64,000 nucleotides of DNA from Pseudonocardia sp. (GTDB taxonomy: Bacteria > Actinomycetota > Actinomycetes > Mycobacteriales > Pseudonocardiaceae): contig DATAOO010000377.1 of NCBI GenBank assembly GCA_036265695.1, positions 11,716-75,715 of the forward strand, in the 5' to 3' direction. Positions 31,136 through 40,441 of the stretch are shown piece after piece. Positions within the stretch are counted from its first letter, which is position 1. Each line of letters opens with the position of its first letter. The position numbers were made by a program, and so were the translations under genes. The notes below the pieces were generated by a model. It was not told the origin of the DNA. It made no database searches and was given only the letters and a program-made list of their open reading frames with translations.

Positions 31136-31815
31136 CCTGGCGGATCGGCGTCGTCGTCCCGGCGCGGGACGAGCAGGGCCGGATCGACGCGTGCCTGGCA
31201 GCCGTCGCCGCCGCCGTGCGCCGGGCGGGGCGCCCGGCCGTCGTCTGCGTGGTCGCCGACCGCTGCCGGGACGCAACCGCGGAACGGGCCCTGGCCGCAG
31301 GCGTCGACGTCGTGGTCAACCGGCGCGCGCTCACCATCGGCGACGTCCGCAACCTCGGCTTCCGCCGCGTCGTCGAACGGCTGGGCGGCGTCACGGAACG
31401 GATGTGGCTGCTCGGCACCGACGCCGACACGATCGTTCCCGGCACCTGGATCACCGACCACCTGCGCTACGCGGAGTCGGGCGCGATCGCCGTCGCGGGC
31501 GCCGTCGACCTTGACGACCCGCACCTGCTGCCCGCCGACGCGCTGGCCCGCTACACGCGCCTCGTCGCGGCCCGGGTCGCCGGGAGCACCCACGGGCACG
31601 CCTACGCCGCCAACCTCGGCGTGCGGGCCGACGCGTTCCTGCGGGTCGGCGGCTACCCGGGCGTCATCGCGGGCGAGGAGCACGCGCTCCTGGCCCGGCT
31701 GCGGCACGCCGGGCACCGCGTGCTGTCCCCGACCGACGTGCGGGCCCGCACCAGCGCCCGCACCACGGGCCGGGCCCGCGGTGGCCTCGCCGACCTGCTG
31801 TGCGCGCTGACCTGA
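31132..31815 (+). CDS. GT2 family glycosyltransferase
   Basis: VVPARDE, DRCRDAT, TDAD, ANLGVR, TSAR..GRARGG. Confidence 0.85.
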   Translation: MTWRIGVVVPARDEQGRIDACLAAVAAAVRRAGRPAVVCVVADRCRDATAERALAAGVDVVVNRRALTIGDVRNLGFRRVVERLGGVTERMWLLGTDADTIVPGTWITDHLRYAESGAIAVAGAVDLDDPHLLPADALARYTRLVAARVAGSTHGHAYAANLGVRADAFLRVGGYPGVIAGEEHALLARLRHAGHRVLSPTDVRARTSARTTGRARGGLADLLCALT

Positions 31816-32595
31816 TCATCCCGGCGCCCGGGCGAGCAGGGCGTAGTCCTGCGGTCCGAAGAGGCCCTTCTGCAACGCGGCGGCGAGCACCGCGGTGTCC
31901 GCGGCCGCGACGCCGGGCAGCTGCAGTCCCGAGAGGTCGACGTCTTCCTTCGGGTGCAGCTCCCACACCCGGACGTCGGTGAAGCCGCTCGCCGCGGCGA
32001 GGAACTCCAGCCGGGCGGGCGGGATCGGCGACCGGTGGGTGGGGTCGAGGTAGAAGTTGCACGCGCCCATCACCAGGTTCGCCGGATGCGGGGTCTCCAG
32101 CACCAGCAGGCCGCTCGGCCGCAGCACGCGGGCGGTGTGGGCCAGCAGCGCGAGCGTCGACTCCAGGTCGAGGTGTTCGACGACGTGGAAGGCCGTGACC
32201 GCGTCCAGCTTCCCGTCCGGCAGGGCCGCGAGGTGCTCGGCGGCGTCGCCCGCCGCGACGTCGAGCCCGCGGCCGCGCAGGTGCTCGACCATCGCCGGGT
32301 TGTCGTCCACGCCCCGGGCGGGGACGCCCGCGTCGGCAAGCACCTGCAGCCACTCGCCCCGCCCGGGCCCCAGGTCGAGCACCCGTGGACCGGCCGCGTC
32401 CGACACGCACGACCGCACTTCCGGCAGGTAGACCGCCAGCCGCTCGCGCACGTCGGCCTCCGCGCCGCGGAACCGGTCCTCGAACGCCGGGTAGATCGCG
32501 GCGAACCGGGGGCTGTGCGCGCGCACTTCGGCGCGCAGCTCGGCCACCTCGGCGCGGAGCCGGGCGATCTCGGCGGCCGGATCGGGGGCGTTCAC
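31816..32595 (-). CDS. class I SAM-dependent methyltransferase resembling glycan chain-capping enzymes
   Basis: N-terminal coiled coil, FEDRFRG, DLGPGRGEW, FHVVEHL, FYLDPTH, QDYA. Confidence 0.82.
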   Translation of the reverse strand: MNAPDPAAEIARLRAEVAELRAEVRAHSPRFAAIYPAFEDRFRGAEADVRERLAVYLPEVRSCVSDAAGPRVLDLGPGRGEWLQVLADAGVPARGVDDNPAMVEHLRGRGLDVAAGDAAEHLAALPDGKLDAVTAFHVVEHLDLESTLALLAHTARVLRPSGLLVLETPHPANLVMGACNFYLDPTHRSPIPPARLEFLAAASGFTDVRVWELHPKEDVDLSGLQLPGVAAADTAVLAAALQKGLFGPQDYALLARAPG

Positions 32596-33656
32596 GGTGG
32601 ACCTCCGAGCGCATCGAGGACGGCGGCGAGCACCGCGGTCGGGGCGAGGTCGGCCATGCAGGCGGGCCCGTCGGCCGCCAGCGGGCACGCGGCGTCCCAC
32701 CAGCAGACCTGCTCGGTGATGGCGGTCGGGCGGCGGTGCGGGCAGCCCGGTAGGCCCTGGAGGTCGACCGACGGCGGGTCGAGGCCGTAGCGGGCGGCGA
32801 CGGTCGGCCCGAAGAGCCCGACCGTGCGGGCCCCCGCGGCGGCGGCCACCCGGACCGGGCCGGTATCGGCGCCGACGACCACGCCGCCGCGCCGTCCGAC
32901 CGCCGCGAACAGCGCCGCGAGCTCGCGCAGGCTGGTCGGCGGGACGTCGCGGCCCAGCACGAGCACGGGCACGCCGCGCCGGGTGAGCTCGGCGGCGAGC
33001 CGGTCCTGGTGGGGCCACCGCTTCACGGCCATGCCCGCGTCGGGGACCAGCACGACCGGCGCGGCCCCGCGGCGGGACTGCGGGCCCCCGACGGCGCCGG
33101 GCTGCGGCCCCGCACCGCCGGGCTGCGGCCCGTCGCGCGCGCTCGCGCCCCCGGCGTCACCCGCGGGGAGCAGGCTCGCCAACAGGTGGCGGCCCGCGGA
33201 GCGCTCCTGCCCGGTCAGGTGCAGGCGCGGTGGCGCGTAGCGGCCGCGCACGAGCCCCTCCGCGGTGAGGATGCGGTGGTAGCGGCGCGCCACCGGCTCG
33301 TCGGGCGGCGGGCGGCGCCACAGGTCGGTGACGCTGCCCGGCACCCGCCGCTCGATCTCCTCGGCGATGCCGTCGTAGCGCGTGGTGCTGACGACGAGAT
33401 CGGGTGGCCTGCGCTCCAGCTCGGCGACGACGGCGGCGCGCTCGGTGCCCTTCCGCACCGCGCGCACCTCCGCGACGTCCGGGTCGGGGTCGAGCAGCGT
33501 CGCGCCGGGCGCGTGCGTGAGCACCCGCACCGCGGCGCGCGGGTGCCTCCTGGCCAGCCCGCGCAGCGACGGCAGCAACATCACGAGGTCGCCGATGCCG
33601 CCGAGCAGGTCGACCACGAGCACGTCGGCCACCCCGGCCACCTCGTCACGCGGCAT
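32592..33656 (-). CDS. GT9 (heptosyltransferase-like) glycosyltransferase
   Basis: GGIGD, KRWP, GADTGP, LFGPT, Cys-rich C-terminus. Confidence 0.82.
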   Translation of the reverse strand: MPRDEVAGVADVLVVDLLGGIGDLVMLLPSLRGLARRHPRAAVRVLTHAPGATLLDPDPDVAEVRAVRKGTERAAVVAELERRPPDLVVSTTRYDGIAEEIERRVPGSVTDLWRRPPPDEPVARRYHRILTAEGLVRGRYAPPRLHLTGQERSAGRHLLASLLPAGDAGGASARDGPQPGGAGPQPGAVGGPQSRRGAAPVVLVPDAGMAVKRWPHQDRLAAELTRRGVPVLVLGRDVPPTSLRELAALFAAVGRRGGVVVGADTGPVRVAAAAGARTVGLFGPTVAARYGLDPPSVDLQGLPGCPHRRPTAITEQVCWWDAACPLAADGPACMADLAPTAVLAAVLDALGGPP

Positions 33657-34782
33657 GTTGGGCGTTCCGCACGGTCGCGTACAGCTCCTGGTGGGCCACG
33701 GCGATCCGCGGCCACGTGCGGTGCGCCACCAGCGCCCGCCCACCCGCGGCCACCCGGGCGCGCAGGGCGGCGTCGTCGAGCAGCCGCGCGAGCGGTCCGA
33801 CGAGCGCGTCGGCGTCGCGCACCCGGTCGGCGACGGCCACCGTGGCCCCGTCGACCAGCTGCGGGTCCGGTGGGTCGGCCGCCGTCACGAGCGTCGGGAG
33901 GCCGTGCGCGAACGCCGAGAGCAGGGCGCCGCTCTTCGTCGTGGCACCCGCGGTGAACGGGAACGCGGCGACGTCGGCGGCGTGCAACGCGGCCGAGACC
34001 TCGTCGGCGGGCAGGTGGTCGGTGATCGTCACGATGTCGGTGACGCCGCAGCCGTCCGCCCGCTCGACCAGCTCGGCGCGGAAGGCGTGGGCTTCGCGGG
34101 CGGGCAGGGCGCGCGAGGTGAAGCCGCCGACCAGGAGCAGGTGCAGGCGCGGGTGGCGACCCCGCAGCCGGGCGACGGCTTCGATCAGGTAGCGCAGCCC
34201 CTTGACCGGGTGCACGAAGCCGAAGAACGCGACGACCTGCGCGTCGGCCGGGATCCCGAGCCGCGCGCGGACGGCGCGGACGTCCACGGGGCCGCAGTCG
34301 GGCACGTTCGGGGCGAGCGGGATCGTGACGGCGAGCCGGTCGACCCGGTGGGCGACCGCCGCGGCGTGCGCGGCGTTCGTCGTGACGACCGCGGCGGACG
34401 CCGGAGCGAGCCGCCAGGTCTCGCGGTCGACCGGCCACCGCCGTTCGAGCGGGGTCCAGACCGCTGACGGCACCCAGCCGGGCGCCGACCACCAGCCGTA
34501 CTCGTGCAGGGTCGTGACGACCGGCGCGCTGACCGCGTCGGGCAGCAGCCCGATCCACGGCGAGAACCCGAACGCCGACGGGGCGAACTGGAGGTGCACC
34601 AGCTCGGGCCGCAGCGCGCGGACGCGGCGCACGGCCCGCGCGGCGCCCAACGGCCCGGGGTCGACCGCCACCGGCTCGACGTCGGTGCCCGCGTCGCGCA
34701 GGGCGTCGACGAGGTGGGTGGTGTAGTCGGCCACGCCGTCCTGCCCGGGGGCGGCGCGGCCGGAGAGCACGGCGATCGGCAC
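33646..34782 (-). CDS. GT4 family glycosyltransferase
   Basis: DGVADYT, TLHE, FFGFVHPVKG, KSGALL..FAHGLP. Confidence 0.85.
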   Translation of the reverse strand: MPIAVLSGRAAPGQDGVADYTTHLVDALRDAGTDVEPVAVDPGPLGAARAVRRVRALRPELVHLQFAPSAFGFSPWIGLLPDAVSAPVVTTLHEYGWWSAPGWVPSAVWTPLERRWPVDRETWRLAPASAAVVTTNAAHAAAVAHRVDRLAVTIPLAPNVPDCGPVDVRAVRARLGIPADAQVVAFFGFVHPVKGLRYLIEAVARLRGRHPRLHLLLVGGFTSRALPAREAHAFRAELVERADGCGVTDIVTITDHLPADEVSAALHAADVAAFPFTAGATTKSGALLSAFAHGLPTLVTAADPPDPQLVDGATVAVADRVRDADALVGPLARLLDDAALRARVAAGGRALVAHRTWPRIAVAHQELYATVRNAQHAA

Positions 34783-34791
34783 GACAGCCGC

Positions 34792-34816
34792 GTTCCCCGG
34801 TGGGCGCCCGACAAAC
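34792..34816 (-). promoter_or_regulatory. SigB/SigF-like leaderless promoter (leftward)
   Basis: minus strand GTTT-N15-GGGAAC-N9-GTG(34782). Confidence 0.6.
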
Positions 34817-34826
34817 GGCCGGATGC

Positions 34827-34851
34827 GGTTGGTCCGCCGGATCCGGGGAAC
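34827..34851 (+). promoter_or_regulatory. SigB/SigF-like leaderless promoter (rightward)
   Basis: GGTTG-N14-GGGAAC-N9-GTG(34861). Confidence 0.6.
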
Positions 34852-34860
34852 ACCGAGGCC

Positions 34861-35955
34861 GTGACGGTTTTCGCGCACCCGGCCGCGTTGGCGGGGCCGC
34901 CGATCGACTGGGCGAGCCTCGACCGCCTGCTCGTCGTGCGTCCCGACAACCTCGGCGACGTGCTGTTGGCGGGCCCCGCCCTCGCGGCCCTGCGGAGCGC
35001 GGCACCGGGGGCCCGGCTGGACCTCCTGGCGTCCCCGGCGGGCGCGGCGGCGGCGCAGCTGCTGCCCGAGGTCGACGAGACGGTGGTCGCGCGGGTCTCG
35101 TGGCAAGAGATCGCCGTCACCGCCGAGCCGCCGGACACCGATCTCGTCTTCCGGATCGCGGCCTGCCACTACTCCGCCGCGGTGGTGCTGACCTCGTTCT
35201 CCCAGTCGCCGTGGCCCGCGGGGTACGCCCTGCAGCGGGCCGGGGTGCCCCTGCGGGCGGGGATGTCGAAGGAGTTCGGCGGCGCGGCGCTCACGCACTG
35301 GGTTCCGGCCGCGGACGACGGGCTCCACCAGGTCGACCGGGCGCTGCGGCTGCTCGACGGCCTCGGCGTGCCCACGGCGGACGTGTCGCCCACGCTGCAC
35401 GCGACCGTCTCGGAGACGTCGCGGGAACGCGCGGCCGCGGCGGTGCTCGGCGCGGGCCTCGACGCAGGCGTGCCGTACGCGGTCGTGCTCCCGGGCGCCT
35501 CGTGCTCCGCGCGCCGGTGGCCCGCCGAGCGGTTCCGGGCCGTGGCGGAGCGCTTGGCGGCCGACGGGCTTCCGGTGGTGGTGACCGGACCGGCGGCCGA
35601 GCGCGACCTCGTCGCCGCGGTGGCCGCGCGCACACGGGGCGTGGTCGCGATGGCGGGCGCGTTCGACGTGCCGGACCTCGCGGCGCTGCTGGCCGGGGCG
35701 GCGGTGGCGGTGACCAACAACAGCGGCGGCATGCACCTCGCGGACGCGGTGGGCACGCCGGTGGTCGCCCTGTTCGCGGGCACCGAGGACGAGGGCCAGT
35801 ACCGGCCCCGCTCGGTGCCGTCCGCGGTGCTGCGCGTGCCGACGGCGTGCAGCCCGTGCAGGCAGTTCCGGTGCCCGTTCGACCAGGAGTGCCTCGCGGT
35901 GGCGCCCGAGGACGCGGCCCGCGCGGCCCTGCGTCTGGCCGGTGACTCTGAGTAG
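34861..35955 (+). CDS. GT9 (heptosyltransferase-like) glycosyltransferase
   Basis: RPDNLGDVLL, PGASCSARRWP, NNSGGMHLADAVG, CSPCRQFRCP..C. Confidence 0.88.
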   Translation: MTVFAHPAALAGPPIDWASLDRLLVVRPDNLGDVLLAGPALAALRSAAPGARLDLLASPAGAAAAQLLPEVDETVVARVSWQEIAVTAEPPDTDLVFRIAACHYSAAVVLTSFSQSPWPAGYALQRAGVPLRAGMSKEFGGAALTHWVPAADDGLHQVDRALRLLDGLGVPTADVSPTLHATVSETSRERAAAAVLGAGLDAGVPYAVVLPGASCSARRWPAERFRAVAERLAADGLPVVVTGPAAERDLVAAVAARTRGVVAMAGAFDVPDLAALLAGAAVAVTNNSGGMHLADAVGTPVVALFAGTEDEGQYRPRSVPSAVLRVPTACSPCRQFRCPFDQECLAVAPEDAARAALRLAGDSE

Positions 35956-36007
35956 TAGTTGTGGCGGTCGGGTTTTGACTGCTCGACGTTCGCCTACTTC
36001 TCCGGGC

Positions 36008-36556
36008 ATGACCGCACCGCACCGGCTCGCGGCCGTGCTCTTCGACCGAGACGGCACGCTCGTCGTCGACGTGCCCTACTGCGCCGACCCGTCTCGCGTG
36101 CAACCGATGCCCGCCGCCCGGCCCGCCCTGCGCAGGCTGCGCGCCGCCGGGATGCGAACGGGCGTCGTGACGAACCAGTCCGGCATCGGCCGCGGAATCC
36201 TCACCGCAGGCGCCGTGGCGGCCGTCAACGCCGAGGTCGAGCGCCTGCTCGGCCCGTTCGACGTCTGGCGGATCTGCCCGCACGCCCCCGACGACGGCTG
36301 CCCGTGCCGCAAACCCCGCCCGGACATGCTGCTCGACGCGGCGGCGGCGCTCGGGCTGGAGCCGCACCGCATCGCCTACGTCGGTGACATCGGCAGCGAC
36401 GTCGAGGCCGCGCGGGCGGCGGGCGCGGCCTGCGTGCTCGTGCCGACCGCCGTGACGCGGCCCGCGGAGATCCGGGCCGCCCCGGTCGTGCGGCGCACCC
36501 TGGTCGACGCGGTCGACCACCTGCTCGGGGTGGCCGATCGGACGGTGTGCGCGTGA
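36008..36556 (+). CDS. gmhB: D-glycero-D-manno-heptose-1,7-bisphosphate phosphatase (HAD-IIIA)
   Basis: FDRDGTL, VTNQSGIGRG, CPH....CPCRKP, GDIGSD. Confidence 0.85.
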   Translation: MTAPHRLAAVLFDRDGTLVVDVPYCADPSRVQPMPAARPALRRLRAAGMRTGVVTNQSGIGRGILTAGAVAAVNAEVERLLGPFDVWRICPHAPDDGCPCRKPRPDMLLDAAAALGLEPHRIAYVGDIGSDVEAARAAGAACVLVPTAVTRPAEIRAAPVVRRTLVDAVDHLLGVADRTVCA

Positions 36557-37572
36557 GGCGCGTCCTGGTCGTCCGCCTCGACGGCGCCGGTGACGTGCTC
36601 CTGGCAGGCCCGGCCGTGCGCGCCGTCGCGGCGGGATCCCAGGTCACCATGCTGTGCGGTCCGGACGGTGCGGCGGCGGCGCGACTGCTACCCGGCGTGA
36701 CCGACGTGCTGACCTGGGCGAGCCCCTGGGTGCTCGCCGACCCGCCCGCGGTGCGCGCGACCGACCTCGAACGGCTCGTGGCCCGGCTGGCCGACCGGCG
36801 GTTCGCCGAGGCCCTGGTGCTCACGTCGTTCCACCAGTCCCCGCTGCCCACCGCCCTCGTTCTGCGGCTGGCCGGGGTCGCCCGCATCACGGGCGCCTCG
36901 GTCGACTACCCGGGCGCCCTGCTGGACGTCCGCCTGCGCCCCGGCGAGGACCTCCCCGAAGACATCCCCGAGCCCGAGCGCATGACGGCCATCGCGGCCG
37001 CGGCGGGCTACCCGGTCGTCGACGACGGCCGCCTCGCGGTCCGCCCGCCGCCCCCGGTCGAGGACCTCGTGCCCGACGGCCGCTACGTCGTCGTCCACCC
37101 GGGGGCCGCCGCGCCCGCCCGTTGCTGGCCCGCCGACCACGCCACCCAGGCGGTGGCGCTGCTGGCCGCGCAAGGGTGGCGCGTCGTCGTCACCGGCGGG
37201 AGCGGCGAACGCGGCCTCACCGCCGCGGTCGCCGGTGGCGCGGGCACCGACCTCGGCGGCCGCACCGACCTCGCGCAGCTGTCGGGGGTGGTGGCGGGGG
37301 CCGCGGCGGTGGTCGTCGGCAACACCGGCGCGGCGCACCTGGCCGCGGCGGTCGGCACCCCGGTCGTCTCGCTCTTCGCCCCGGTCGTCCCGGCCGTGCG
37401 CTGGGCGCCGTACGGGGTGCCGCACGTCCTGCTCGGCGACCAGGAGGCCCGCTGCCGCGGTTCCCGCGCCCGCGAGTGCCCGGTGCCGGGCCACCCCTGC
37501 CTCGCGTCGGTCACGCCCGAGGCCGTCGTCGGGGCCGTGGCGGCGCTGGCAGGGGCGGAGGTGCCCGCATGA
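36553..37572 (+). CDS. GT9 (heptosyltransferase-like) glycosyltransferase
   Basis: RLDGAGDVLL, HPGA, GNTGAAHLAAAVG, C..CP..HPC; GTGA coupling. Confidence 0.88.
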   Translation: MRRVLVVRLDGAGDVLLAGPAVRAVAAGSQVTMLCGPDGAAAARLLPGVTDVLTWASPWVLADPPAVRATDLERLVARLADRRFAEALVLTSFHQSPLPTALVLRLAGVARITGASVDYPGALLDVRLRPGEDLPEDIPEPERMTAIAAAAGYPVVDDGRLAVRPPPPVEDLVPDGRYVVVHPGAAAPARCWPADHATQAVALLAAQGWRVVVTGGSGERGLTAAVAGGAGTDLGGRTDLAQLSGVVAGAAAVVVGNTGAAHLAAAVGTPVVSLFAPVVPAVRWAPYGVPHVLLGDQEARCRGSRARECPVPGHPCLASVTPEAVVGAVAALAGAEVPA

Positions 37573-38588
37573 ACATCCTGATCTGGCACGTGCACGGCTC
37601 GTGGACCACGGCGTTCGTCCAGGGTGGCCACCGCTACCTGCTGCCGACGCTGCCCGAGCGCGGACCCTGGGGCGGCGGACGGCCCGCGGCCTGGGACTGG
37701 CCGCCGGACGCCGTCGAGGTGGCGCCCGACGAGCTCGGCGACACCGACGTCGACGTCGTGGTGCTGCAGCGTCCGGAGGAGGCCGAGCTGGCGGCGCGCT
37801 GGCTGGGGCGCACGCCCGGGCGCGACGTGCCCGCCGTCTACCTCGAGCACAACGCGCCGCGGGGTCCGGCCGCGACGACGCGGCACCCCTTCGCCGACCG
37901 CGACGACGTGCTGCTCGTGCACGTCACCCGGTTCAACGCGCTCATGTGGGACGCCGGGAGCACCCCCACCACGGTGGTCGAGCACGGCGTTCTCGACCCC
38001 GGCCCCCGCTGGACCGGCGAGCTCGCCAGCGCCGCGGTCTGCATCAACGAGCCCGTGCGCCGCGGCCGCATCACCGGCACCGACCTGCTGCCCGGACTGG
38101 CCCAGGCCACGCCGCTGGACGTCTTCGGCATCGGCGTCGACGGCCTCACCGAGCACCTGGGGTGCGACCGCGTGCGCGCCGTCGGCGACCTGCCCCAGCA
38201 CCGCATGCACGCCGAGCTCGCCCGCCGCTCCGCCTACGTCCACACGGCGCGCTGGACCTCGCTCGGGCTCTCGTTGATCGAGGCGATGCTGCTGGGCATG
38301 CCGGTGGCCGTGCTCGCGACCACCGAATCGGTCGAGGTCGTGCCGCGGGAGGCCGGGGTGCTCTCCACCGACCCGGACCGGCTGCGCGACGGCCTGCGGA
38401 CGCTCGTCGACGACCGCGCCGCCTCGACCGCAGCGGGGCGCGCCGCCCGCGCGGCCGCACTGGAGCGCTTCGGCGTTCCCCGTTTCCTCGCCGACTGGGA
38501 CGCCGTGCTCGACCGGGCCGTCGCGCGACACCCCGTTCCCGCCGCATCGAGCACATCAAGCAGCTCGAGCACATCGAGAAGGAGCTGA
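37569..38588 (+). CDS. GT4-like glycosyltransferase
   Basis: MNILIWHVHGSW, EHN, WTSLGLSLIEAM. Confidence 0.82.
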   Translation: MNILIWHVHGSWTTAFVQGGHRYLLPTLPERGPWGGGRPAAWDWPPDAVEVAPDELGDTDVDVVVLQRPEEAELAARWLGRTPGRDVPAVYLEHNAPRGPAATTRHPFADRDDVLLVHVTRFNALMWDAGSTPTTVVEHGVLDPGPRWTGELASAAVCINEPVRRGRITGTDLLPGLAQATPLDVFGIGVDGLTEHLGCDRVRAVGDLPQHRMHAELARRSAYVHTARWTSLGLSLIEAMLLGMPVAVLATTESVEVVPREAGVLSTDPDRLRDGLRTLVDDRAASTAAGRAARAAALERFGVPRFLADWDAVLDRAVARHPVPAASSTSSSSSTSRRS

Positions 38589-38591
38589 ACC

Positions 38592-39800
38592 GTGCGCATC
38601 GCCATGGTCTCCGAGCACGCGAGCCCCCTCGCCGCCCCCGGCAGCCCCGACGCCGGTGGGCAGAACGTGCACGTCGCCGAGCTGAGCCGGGCGCTCGCCG
38701 CGGCGGGCCACGAGGTCACCGTGCTCACCCGCCGCGACGACCCCGACCTGCCCGAGCTCGTGCCGCTGCACCCCGGCGTCGTCGTCCACCACATCGACGC
38801 CGGGCCCGCCCGGCCCGTCCCCAAAGACGAGCTCGTGCCGCACCTGCCCGCGCTGGCCCACGGGCTCGACCGGGCGTGGCGCGCCGAACCGCCCGACGTC
38901 GTGCACGCGCACTTCTGGATGTCCGGGCTCGCCGCGGCCGCGGCGCTGCGCGACCAGGACATCCCGTTCGTCCAGACCTTCCACGCGCTCGGCAGCGTCA
39001 AGCGGCGCCACCAGCGCGCGGCCGACACCAGCCCGTCCGGCCGGATCGCGGCCGAGCGGGCGCTCGGCCGCCGCGCCGACCGCGTCCTCGCGACGTGCGA
39101 CGACGAGCTGTTCGAGCTGATCCGCATGGGCGTCGACCGCCGCCGCGTGTCCGTCGTGCCCTGTGGCGTCGACGCGGACGCCTTCTCCCCGGACGGACCG
39201 GTCGCCGAGCGCGGCGCGCGGCCGCGGCTGGTGAGCGTCGGACGCCTCGTGCGCCGCAAGGGCGTCGACGAGGTGGTGGCCGCGCTGGCGCGGGTGCCGG
39301 AGGCCGAGCTCGTCGTGGCGGGCGGTGCCGCGGCGGGGGATCCCGACCGCGCGCGGCTTGCCGAGCTGGCCGTGCGGTGCCAGGTCGCGGACCGGGTGCG
39401 GTTCCTCGGTCCGGTCCCGCGGGCGGAGGTGCCCGCGTTGCTCCGCTCGGCGGACGCGGTCGTGTGCGCGCCCTGGTACGAGCCGTTCGGCATCGTCGCG
39501 CTCGAAGCGATGGCGTGCGGGCGGGCGGTCGTCGCCACGGCCGTCGGCGGCATGCAGGACACCGTCGTGCACGGCGTGACCGGGCTGCACGTGCCGCCGC
39601 GCCGCGCCGACCTGCTCGGCGCCGCGCTGCGCGGGCTCGTCGGCAACCCGACACGGCCGTTCGCCTACGGGGTGGCGGGCCGTGACCGCGTGCTGGCCCG
39701 CTACACCTGGGAACGGGTCGCCGCCGCCACGGAAGACGTCTACCGCGACGTCCTGTGTGCGCAGGCGCCCGTGGCGCGGGCCGTCGGGGGTGGGCAGTGA
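38592..39800 (+). CDS. GT4 glycosyltransferase (MshA-like)
   Basis: SEHASPLA..DAGGQNVHV, HAHFWMSG, GRLVRRKG, YEPFGIVALEAMACG. Confidence 0.88.
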   Translation: MRIAMVSEHASPLAAPGSPDAGGQNVHVAELSRALAAAGHEVTVLTRRDDPDLPELVPLHPGVVVHHIDAGPARPVPKDELVPHLPALAHGLDRAWRAEPPDVVHAHFWMSGLAAAAALRDQDIPFVQTFHALGSVKRRHQRAADTSPSGRIAAERALGRRADRVLATCDDELFELIRMGVDRRRVSVVPCGVDADAFSPDGPVAERGARPRLVSVGRLVRRKGVDEVVAALARVPEAELVVAGGAAAGDPDRARLAELAVRCQVADRVRFLGPVPRAEVPALLRSADAVVCAPWYEPFGIVALEAMACGRAVVATAVGGMQDTVVHGVTGLHVPPRRADLLGAALRGLVGNPTRPFAYGVAGRDRVLARYTWERVAAATEDVYRDVLCAQAPVARAVGGGQ

Positions 39801-40426
39801 GTTACGAGATGCCCCCGCCCGGTCGCGCGCTGCTCGACGAGCACGTCGACCGGCTCGCCGCGGCGCTGCCCGCACTGCGCGCCGCAGGCGACACGCTCGC
39901 CCGGTGGGGCAGCACGCTGGCCCACCGGCTCACCGGCGGCAACCAGCTGCTCGTCGCGGGCAACGGCGGGAGCGCGGCCGAGGCGCAGCACCTCACCGCC
40001 GAGCTCGTGGGCCGCTTCGAGGGCGAACGCCGTCCGCTGCCCGCGATCGCGCTGCACGCCGACACGTCCGCCATGACCGCGATCGGCAACGACTACGGCT
40101 TCCGGGACGTCTTCGCCCGCCAGGTCCGCGCCCACGCCCGCCCCGGTGACGTGCTGATCCTGCTGTCCACCAGCGGCCGCAGCCACAACCTGCTCGCCGC
40201 GGCGCAGGCGGCCCGGCGGTGCGACGCGGAGGTGTGGGCGCTCACCGGGCCCGGCCCCAACCCGCTCGCCCGGCTGTGCCACGACGCGGTGTGCATCCCG
40301 GGCGACACCGCGACCGTGCAGGAGACGCACCTCGCCGCCGTCCACATGCTGTGCCGCGCCGTCGAGGCCGCGCTGCCCGCCACCACCGAGGCCGACGGGG
40401 AAGACACCCCGCTCGCCGCCTCCTGA
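39797..40426 (+). CDS. gmhA: D-sedoheptulose-7-phosphate isomerase (SIS domain)
   Basis: GNGGSAAEAQH, TAIGNDYG, STSGRS.N, TATVQETH. Confidence 0.87.
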   Translation: MSYEMPPPGRALLDEHVDRLAAALPALRAAGDTLARWGSTLAHRLTGGNQLLVAGNGGSAAEAQHLTAELVGRFEGERRPLPAIALHADTSAMTAIGNDYGFRDVFARQVRAHARPGDVLILLSTSGRSHNLLAAAQAARRCDAEVWALTGPGPNPLARLCHDAVCIPGDTATVQETHLAAVHMLCRAVEAALPATTEADGEDTPLAAS

Positions 40427-40441
40427 CCACGGAGGAACCCC

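Noticed and set aside
35971-36009. Additional SigB-like promoter before gmhB
   Set aside because: The candidate GGGCAT box overlaps the start codon and the spacing does not fit the other copies
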